64,000 nt of DNA from Kofleriaceae bacterium. Lineage in GTDB: Bacteria > Myxococcota_A > Polyangia > Haliangiales > Haliangiaceae. The stretch lies in contig CBDCCZ010000039.1 of assembly GCA_965215005.1 (NCBI GenBank), forward strand, positions 32,001 to 96,000, in the 5' to 3' direction. Below, one piece after another: positions 55,536 to 64,000 of this stretch (position 1 is the stretch's first letter; every line of letters begins with the position of its first letter). Position numbers and translations under genes: made by a program. The notes below the pieces were generated by a model, which had not been told where the DNA came from, made no database searches, and saw nothing but the letters and a program-made list of their open reading frames with translations.

Positions 55536-57752
55536 ATGAAGGTCGCATTCTTTGGCTCGAGCCTGGTCTCGGCATATTGGAACGGCGCAGCCACATACTA
55601 TCGCGGAATCATACGAGCGCTGAACGAGCGCGGCTTTCGCACCACCTTCTATGAGCCCGACGCCTTCGACCGCCAGCAGCACCGTGATATCGATGCGCCA
55701 TCGTGGGCGCGCAGCGTGGTGTACGAAGCGACCGAGGAAGGTGTGCATCGCGCCCTGCAAGACGCTCGCGACGCCGACCTCGTCGTCAAGGCCAGCGGCG
55801 TGGGCGTGTTCGATGCGCTTCTCGAAGAAGCGGTGTTGGCGCTGCAAGGATCAAAGACGCTAGTCGCCTTTTGGGACGTCGACGCCCCGGCGACGCTCGG
55901 CCGCGTACGCAGCGACCCTCGCGACCCGTTTCGCGCCCTCGTGAGCCGCTACGACCTCATCCTCACCTACGGCGGGGGCCCGCCGGTCATCGCTGCCTAT
56001 CGAGCGCTCGGCGCCAGAGACGTGGTGCCCATCTACAACGCGCTCGATCCCAGCACGCATCATCCCGTCGCTCCCAATCCAGACTTTGCTGGCTGCCTCG
56101 GCTTCCTCGGCAATCGGCTGCCCGATCGCGAAGCGCGGGTAGAGCAGTTCTTCCTCGCAGCGGCCGCGACGTTACCTGAGCAGCGCTTCCTTCTCGGCGG
56201 CAGCGGCTGGGCCGATAAGTCGATGCCGAGCAATGTCCACTACCTCGGTCACGTCTACACCGCGGACCACAACGCGTTTAACTGCACGCCGCTCGCGGTG
56301 CTCAACATCAGCCGCGACAGCATGGCCAGCATGGGCTTCTCGCCAGCAACGCGTGTGTTCGAGGCCGCCGGCGCCGGCGCCTGTCTCATCACCGATGCAT
56401 GGGAAGGAATCGAGCAGTTCCTCGAGCCGGATCGCGAGGTGCTGGTGGCGACTGGCGGCGCCGAGGTCGCCGCGCACCTCGATCGTCTCGACCCAGCCAG
56501 CGCTCGCGCGATTGGCCAACGCGCGCTCGCCCGAGTGCTTGCCGAGCACACGTACGCCCATCGCGCAAAGGACGTGGAAGACGTACTCGGGGCCGGGCGC
56601 TGCCGTCCGACGCCGCTTCGGAGCGAGGTTACGAACGTGCATAACTCGCAGCGCGCTCTGGACATCGTGATCCTCGGACTTTCGATCACCTCGTCGTGGG
56701 GCAACGGCCACGCCACCACCTATCGCGGCTTGGTTCGTGAGCTGGAAGCGCGCGGCCATCAGGTGCGATTTCTCGAGCGCGACGTGCCTTGGTACGCAGC
56801 GCATCGCGACCTGCCGCAGCCGCCCTATGGCAGCACGTCCCTGTACGGCAGTCTCGAAGAGCTGCGTGAGCGTTACGCCCAAGCTGTCGCCAGCGCCGAT
56901 CTCGTCATCGTCGGCTCGTATGTGCCCGATGGCATCGAGGTTGGGCGCTGGGTCACCGCCACCGCCACCGGCGTCACCGCCTTCTACGACATCGACACGC
57001 CGGTCACGTTGGCGCGCCTGCAGGCAAGCGACTGCGCCTATCTCAACCGCGAGCTCATCGGCCGCTATCACCTGTATCTGTCGTTCTCCGGCGGTCCCAT
57101 CCTCGCGCGAATCGAAAGAGACTGGGGCTCGCCGGCGGCCAAGCCGCTCTATTGCTCGGTCGACCCCACGCTGTACTTCCCGCAAGAGCACGCCGTGCGG
57201 TGGGATCTCGGCTACATGGGCACCTACAGCGACGATCGCCAGCCGCCGCTCGAGGAGCTCCTCTGCGAGCCCGCGCGACGATGGCCCGACGGCCGTTTCA
57301 TCGTCGCAGGGCCGCAATACCCAGAGAGCATCGCGTGGCCGGCGAACGTCGAGCGACGCGAGCACCTGCCGCCGGCGGAGCATCGCCAGTTTTACAATCA
57401 GCAGCGCTTTACCCTCAACATCACCCGCCGCGACATGATCGAAGCGGGCTACTCACCGAGTGTCCGGTTATTCGAAGCGGCGGCCTGCGGCACCCCCATC
57501 ATCAGCGACGCGTGGGACGGCTTGGGCTCGTTCTTCGAGCTCGACAGCGAGATCTTCGTGGCCAGAAATTCGGCTGAGGCGCTCGAGCTAGTTCGCTCTA
57601 CGTCCGAGGCGGAACGCATCGCCATGGGTGAGCGGGCTCGACAGCGCGTGCTCTGCGAGCACACCGCCGCGCATCGCGCCAAGACCCTGGAAGACTACGC
57701 CGCCCAGATGCTGCAAACCCTCGGTACCCGCACCCGGAGCCACGCCTCATGA
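55536..57752 (+). CDS. Two CgeB-family glycosyltransferase units in one ORF (second unit begins about 56637)
   Basis: SLVSAYWNGAATYYRG...RVFEAAGAG...HTYAHRA, then SITSSWGNGHATTYRG...RLFEAAACG...HTAAHRA; AAGGA upstream of ATG 55536. Confidence 0.85.
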   Translation: MKVAFFGSSLVSAYWNGAATYYRGIIRALNERGFRTTFYEPDAFDRQQHRDIDAPSWARSVVYEATEEGVHRALQDARDADLVVKASGVGVFDALLEEAVLALQGSKTLVAFWDVDAPATLGRVRSDPRDPFRALVSRYDLILTYGGGPPVIAAYRALGARDVVPIYNALDPSTHHPVAPNPDFAGCLGFLGNRLPDREARVEQFFLAAAATLPEQRFLLGGSGWADKSMPSNVHYLGHVYTADHNAFNCTPLAVLNISRDSMASMGFSPATRVFEAAGAGACLITDAWEGIEQFLEPDREVLVATGGAEVAAHLDRLDPASARAIGQRALARVLAEHTYAHRAKDVEDVLGAGRCRPTPLRSEVTNVHNSQRALDIVILGLSITSSWGNGHATTYRGLVRELEARGHQVRFLERDVPWYAAHRDLPQPPYGSTSLYGSLEELRERYAQAVASADLVIVGSYVPDGIEVGRWVTATATGVTAFYDIDTPVTLARLQASDCAYLNRELIGRYHLYLSFSGGPILARIERDWGSPAAKPLYCSVDPTLYFPQEHAVRWDLGYMGTYSDDRQPPLEELLCEPARRWPDGRFIVAGPQYPESIAWPANVERREHLPPAEHRQFYNQQRFTLNITRRDMIEAGYSPSVRLFEAAACGTPIISDAWDGLGSFFELDSEIFVARNSAEALELVRSTSEAERIAMGERARQRVLCEHTAAHRAKTLEDYAAQMLQTLGTRTRSHAS

Positions 57753-58462
57753 AATCCACCCCCGATACCGACACGATTCGCCAGCGCATTGCGGAGCTCG
57801 GCCCTTGGTTTCACAACCTCGAGCTCGGCGGCATTCAAACCGCGCCGGAGCACTTTCTTGGCGACTATCCGCGCTTCAAGTGGCGCCGCTTTGCCCATGC
57901 GATTCCCACGGACCTCACTGGCAAGAGCGTCTTGGACATCGGTTGCAACGCCGGCTTCTACTCCTTGGAGATGAAGCGGCGCGGCGCCGCGCGGGTGGTC
58001 GGCATCGACAGCGACGAGCGATACCTCGAGCAGGCCCGCTTCGCGGCGCGGGTAGAGGGGCTCGAAATCGAGCTCCGCCAGCTCGACGTCTACGACGTAG
58101 GCGCGCTCAAAGAACGCTTCGATCTAGTGCTGTTCATGGGAGTTCTCTATCACTTGCGCCATCCGCTGCTCGCGCTCGACCGGCTCGCCGAAGTGGTCGA
58201 CGACACGTTGGTCTTTCAAAGCATGCTGCGCGGCAGCACCGAGGTCCCGCCGGTCGCCAGCGACTACGACTTTTCGCAGTCTGAGCACTTCGAGGTCGAG
58301 GGATATCCGCGGATGGTCTTCGTCGAGCAACGCTACGCCGGCGATCCAACCAACTGGTGGATTCCCAACCGCGCCTGCGTCGAAGCAATGCTGCGCAGCG
58401 CCGGCTTCACCATCGTAGAGCGCGCCGAAGACGAGGTCTACGTGTGCCGCCGAAAGGACTAG
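57749..58462 (+). CDS. SAM-dependent methyltransferase, TIGR04290-like family
   Basis: LGPWFHNL, HFLGDYP, VLDIGCNAGFY, FMGVLYHLRHP, DPTNWWIPN. Confidence 0.85.
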   Translation: MKSTPDTDTIRQRIAELGPWFHNLELGGIQTAPEHFLGDYPRFKWRRFAHAIPTDLTGKSVLDIGCNAGFYSLEMKRRGAARVVGIDSDERYLEQARFAARVEGLEIELRQLDVYDVGALKERFDLVLFMGVLYHLRHPLLALDRLAEVVDDTLVFQSMLRGSTEVPPVASDYDFSQSEHFEVEGYPRMVFVEQRYAGDPTNWWIPNRACVEAMLRSAGFTIVERAEDEVYVCRRKD

Positions 58463-58463
58463 G

Positions 58464-59459
58464 ATGCCTGCGTTTGGCCCTCTGGACATGAAAGACAAGC
58501 TCGGCGTCTGCCAATGGTTTCACTATGAAGCGTTCGAAGACGTCGAACGCGCCGTCGACGAGCTGCGGGCGCTGGGCGTTCGGCATCTTCGCACCGGCGT
58601 CTCATGGGCCGATTACCATCGCCCGCGCGGCCAAGCCTGGTACGACTGGCAGATGCGCATGCTCGAAGAGTTCGAGGTGCTGCTGTCGGTGTGGCATACG
58701 CCGCCGTCCATTGCCGAAGGCAGCCGTTGCGCTGGTCCTCCTCTGCGGCTCGATGACTACTCGGGGTTCATCGCCCAGCTCACACGCCGGTACGGCCACC
58801 AGTTTGCCGACTTCGAGCTGTGGAACGAGCCCAACAACCGGCTCAAGTGGGACTTCATCCACTTTGATCCCGAGTGGATGAAGTTCGGCGAGATGATTCG
58901 TTTGGCGGCCAAGCAAGCCCGCTCGATGGACAAGCGCACGGTGCTCGGCGGCATGATCCCCGTGGATCATCATTGGCTACAGCTCGTCGCCTCGCATGGC
59001 GCCCTCGAAGACATCGACGTGGTCGCGATCCATGGCTTCCCCGGCATGTGGTGGAGTCAATCGCCCAATTGGGACTGGTACTCGCACTGGCAAGGTTGGG
59101 AGCAGAAGCTCGCTTACATCGCGCCGCACGCGCAGGACCGCCCGATTTGGATCACCGAAACCGGGCTCGCAACCTGGCACCTCGAGCGCGGCGTACGCGA
59201 CTTCGAGGCCCAGCAGGTCGAGCGGCTCAAGGATGCAGCGCGGGCACCGACGGAGCGCGTTTACTGGTACAGCCTCATCGATCTCGATCCCGCACGAGAA
59301 GCGATCGAGGGTTTCCACGTCGATGAGAACGAATACCACTTGGGGCTGGTGCAGTACGACGGCACGCGTAAACCGGCGTGGCGAGTGATGCGCGAGCTGC
59401 TAGCCGAGGAGCACGGTCGTCGAAGCGGCGTGCTAAAGGTAAGCGGCGCCGCCGGCTGA
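58464..59459 (+). CDS. Clan GH-A glycoside hydrolase (beta-xylosidase/GH39-like); start may be 58488
   Basis: LRTGVSWAD, acid/base ELWNEPN, nucleophile IWITETG; no signal peptide. Confidence 0.8.
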   Translation: MPAFGPLDMKDKLGVCQWFHYEAFEDVERAVDELRALGVRHLRTGVSWADYHRPRGQAWYDWQMRMLEEFEVLLSVWHTPPSIAEGSRCAGPPLRLDDYSGFIAQLTRRYGHQFADFELWNEPNNRLKWDFIHFDPEWMKFGEMIRLAAKQARSMDKRTVLGGMIPVDHHWLQLVASHGALEDIDVVAIHGFPGMWWSQSPNWDWYSHWQGWEQKLAYIAPHAQDRPIWITETGLATWHLERGVRDFEAQQVERLKDAARAPTERVYWYSLIDLDPAREAIEGFHVDENEYHLGLVQYDGTRKPAWRVMRELLAEEHGRRSGVLKVSGAAG

Positions 59460-59493
59460 AGAGCGCTGGAGTAGGGGCTTGGGATGGCGCCCT

Positions 59494-60312
59494 CTACGAC
59501 TGCCAGTCGGGCCCCCACTCGGGCCCCCAGTCGGGATCGATGAGTCGCTCGCCGCGCGCCAGGCCGTCGATCTCGGCAAGCTCTTCTTCCGTTAGTGCGA
59601 AATCAAATATATCGAGATTAGACCGCAAATGCTCGCGACTCGAGGCCTTCGGCACAGCGGCCACTCCGCGCTGCAACAGCCAGCGCAAGGTCACCTGCGC
59701 GGCGGTCTTGCCCCGGCGCTTCGCCAGCAGCCCCAGCGTCTCGTCTTGCGACGCGCCGCCGCGTGCTAGCGGGCTGTAGGCGGTGATCATCACGCCGAGC
59801 TCGCGCGCGCAGTCGCGGAGCCGCCGCTGATCGAGATACGGATGATATTCGACTTGGTTGCACGCAATGGGCGCCCGCTTCACCGCTTCTGCGAGCAAGC
59901 CCGGCGGGAAGTTGCTAACGCCGATGACAGCTGCCTTGCCAGCTTCTCGAGCAGCGAGCAGCGGCTCGAGAGTCCGCGCCAGAGGCAGCGTCGGGCTCGG
60001 CCAGTGCATCAGCAGTAAGTCGACCCGCTGCACGCGAAGTCGCTCGAGGCTGGCATCGATGCAACCGGCATCCTTGACCATGTCGTCGGGCCACACCTTG
60101 GTGGTGACGAAGATGTCTTCACGTGCGACTGCGCTCGCCTCGATGGCCCGGCCAACCTCCGCCTCGTTCTCATACCCTTGCGCGGTGTCGAGGTGGCGAT
60201 AGCCGAGCTCGAGAGCCATCGCGACTACCTGCTGGCAGTGCTCGCCCTGGAGCTGCCAGGTGCCCAGGCCCAGGGCCGGCATCTGGCGGTCATCGAGCGC
60301 GACGTAGTTCAT
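59494..60312 (-). CDS. Aldo/keto reductase (2,5-diketo-D-gluconate reductase-like)
   Basis: LGLGTW, DTAQGYENE, TTKVW, LMHWP, IGVSNF, NQVEYHP, AYSPLA. Confidence 0.93.
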   Translation of the reverse strand: MNYVALDDRQMPALGLGTWQLQGEHCQQVVAMALELGYRHLDTAQGYENEAEVGRAIEASAVAREDIFVTTKVWPDDMVKDAGCIDASLERLRVQRVDLLLMHWPSPTLPLARTLEPLLAAREAGKAAVIGVSNFPPGLLAEAVKRAPIACNQVEYHPYLDQRRLRDCARELGVMITAYSPLARGGASQDETLGLLAKRRGKTAAQVTLRWLLQRGVAAVPKASSREHLRSNLDIFDFALTEEELAEIDGLARGERLIDPDWGPEWGPDWQS

Positions 60313-60314
60313 GG

Positions 60315-60599
60315 CTAGCTCGAGCTCTCGCGGCTCACCAACTTGTTGAATCGGCTCGTGCTGCCGTCGCTGGTCTCGTCTTGGTGCAGAAACGCCAGCT
60401 TCTGATCCTCGAATTTCTCGAAGAAATCCTCCCAGCTGATCGCCTCGAGCTTGTCGTCGTCGCCAACATCGGGAAACTCGATGCGCAACAGGCCCGCGTC
60501 GTTGTCACCGGTGCCCATGACGTGCGCCGGGCGGCCGTCGCGCTCCTCTACCCAACGGCGGATCGCATCGTGGTCGGTGGTCGTCTGTGCACTCGCCAT
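60315..60599 (-). CDS. Small acidic conserved hypothetical protein
   Basis: AGGAGG RBS; TTTDHDAIRRWVEERDGRPA...LRIEF...ISWEDFFEKFE; 2-nt gap to the reductase gene. Confidence 0.8.
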   Translation of the reverse strand: MASAQTTTDHDAIRRWVEERDGRPAHVMGTGDNDAGLLRIEFPDVGDDDKLEAISWEDFFEKFEDQKLAFLHQDETSDGSTSRFNKLVSRESSS

Positions 60600-60633
60600 A
60601 ATTTCCTCCTTCTAAAGGTGAGCAGCGTGGGTT

Positions 60634-60649
60634 TGCAAAGGCCGCGCCT
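60634..60649 (-). promoter_or_regulatory. Putative sigma-54 promoter of the small protein-reductase operon
   Basis: Minus strand AGGCGC-GGCCT-TTGCA, about 35 nt upstream of the ATG. Confidence 0.55.
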
Positions 60650-60774
60650 GCCGCTCACGACGCGGGTCATCCGCGGCCAGCGCGGGTTGCGGCTCGATGA
60701 GCGCTGGCAGACAATGCCTCGCTCGAGCCCGAAAACAGTCGCGCCCCAGCGCGGCATTTAGTAGAGAGGCACAC

Positions 60775-61962
<1,188 letters not shown>

Positions 61963-61967
61963 ATCCC

Positions 61968-63116
<1,149 letters not shown>

Positions 63117-63121
63117 ACCGT

Positions 63122-63137
63122 CGGCATGCGGCCTGCA
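63122..63137 (+). promoter_or_regulatory. Possible sigma-54 promoter upstream of the TerC gene
   Basis: CGGCAT-GCGGC-CTGCA has GG-N10-GC spacing. Confidence 0.35.
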
Positions 63138-63271
63138 AGCTGCTATGGTGGCCTCCTCATGACGATCGTGGTCTGCGCTCGCTGCTGGCTCGTCGACGAT
63201 AAAGCGAGGGCGTGCTATCACGCCGCCGGCATGTTGAGCAGCTCCGCCTTCCCTCACCCTAGGACGCTCGC

Positions 63272-64000
63272 GTGATCGCCTGGGGTGGTTTCCTGCTCCT
63301 TGTGATGGCCCTGTTGGCGCTGGATTTGGGCGTGTTCCATCGCCGAGACCACGCTATCCATTTCAAGGAGGCGCTCGGCTGGAGTGCGTTCTGGATCTCC
63401 TTAGGAGTCTCCTTCACCGGGCTCGTCTACCTCGCTTACAACCATCAATGGTGGGGGCTGGGAGCAAGCTCTTCCGGCAGCGAAGCCGCGCTGGAGTACA
63501 TCAGCGGCTACTTGATCGAGAAATCGCTCAGCGTCGACAACATCTTCGTCATGGCCATCGTGTTCGCGCAGTTTCAGGTGCCGAACAAGTATCAGCACCG
63601 GGTGCTGTTCTGGGGCATCTTGGGGGCGCTGATCTTTCGCGGCCTCATGATCGGCGTGGGCATCGCCGCGCTCAATCGCTTTGGCTGGATGACCTATGTC
63701 TTCGGCGGCTTGTTGGTGGCCACGGCGATCAAGATGTTCGTCGAGAAGAACCAACCTCCCGACCCGAAGAACAGCCGGATGGTGCGCGTGGTTTCGCGGC
63801 TGCTGCCGATTTCTAGCGAGCTCGACGGCCACGCCTTCACCACTCGTCAAAATGGCCGTTTCAAATTCACGCGGCTCGCCCTGGTGCTGCTCATCATCGA
63901 AGTCACGGACGTGCTGTTCGCCTTCGACTCGATTCCGGCGGTGTTCGCCGTCACCCGCGATCCCTTCATCGTATTCACCTCCAACGTCTTCGCGATCTTG
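63272..64000 (+). CDS. TerC/Alx family membrane protein, 3' end outside the window (not in the ORF track)
   Basis: Manual translation from GTG 63272: LLALDLGVFHR..., GYLIEKSLSVDNIFV, YQHRVLFWGILGALIFRG, DVLFAFDSIPAVFAVTRDPFIVFTSNVFAIL. Confidence 0.93.
   Translation, partial: MIAWGGFLLLVMALLALDLGVFHRRDHAIHFKEALGWSAFWISLGVSFTGLVYLAYNHQWWGLGASSSGSEAALEYISGYLIEKSLSVDNIFVMAIVFAQFQVPNKYQHRVLFWGILGALIFRGLMIGVGIAALNRFGWMTYVFGGLLVATAIKMFVEKNQPPDPKNSRMVRVVSRLLPISSELDGHAFTTRQNGRFKFTRLALVLLIIEVTDVLFAFDSIPAVFAVTRDPFIVFTSNVFAIL

Noticed and set aside
63117..63271. yybP-ykoY manganese riboswitch before TerC/Alx
   Set aside because: The conserved riboswitch sequence elements are not recognisable by eye; a covariance-model search would settle it.

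Overview
A GC-rich (roughly two-thirds G+C by eye), gene-dense chromosomal segment. Its gene content points to a myxobacterium (Myxococcota); this is inference from the paired Ser/Thr kinase-STAND ATPase-TPR proteins, a giant TPR protein, many lipoproteins and many sigma-54-type promoters. In order it holds: the 3' end of a canonical mukF-mukE-mukB condensin operon; a two-gene multiheme cytochrome c lipoprotein operon whose first gene is split by a single-base frameshift; two large helical/TPR proteins; kinase-ATPase-TPR gene 1; an Rpn/YhgA nuclease; a beta-propeller/diheme/Ig-like lipoprotein; asd; kinase-ATPase-TPR gene 2; a coupled operon of a metallophosphoesterase lipoprotein, a POTRA-less Omp85 barrel and a HipA/PI3-4K-like kinase lipoprotein; three lipoproteins including an M15 peptidase; a four-gene heme-lipoprotein plus Tat-exported DUF1501-like operon; a 10-gene nucleotide-sugar/CgeB glycosyltransferase/methyltransferase/glycoside hydrolase cluster; an aldo-keto reductase and a small protein; the carboxy(nor)spermidine dehydrogenase/decarboxylase pair; and the 5' part of a TerC/Alx gene. 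I saw no rRNA, tRNA, CRISPR array or IS transposase. The best candidates for an undescribed system are the exported kinase + phosphatase + Omp85 operon (35018-39372), the heme/DUF1501-like operon (43335-47804) and apparently leaderless sigma-54 transcripts. All family assignments come from motif recognition by eye, not database searches.
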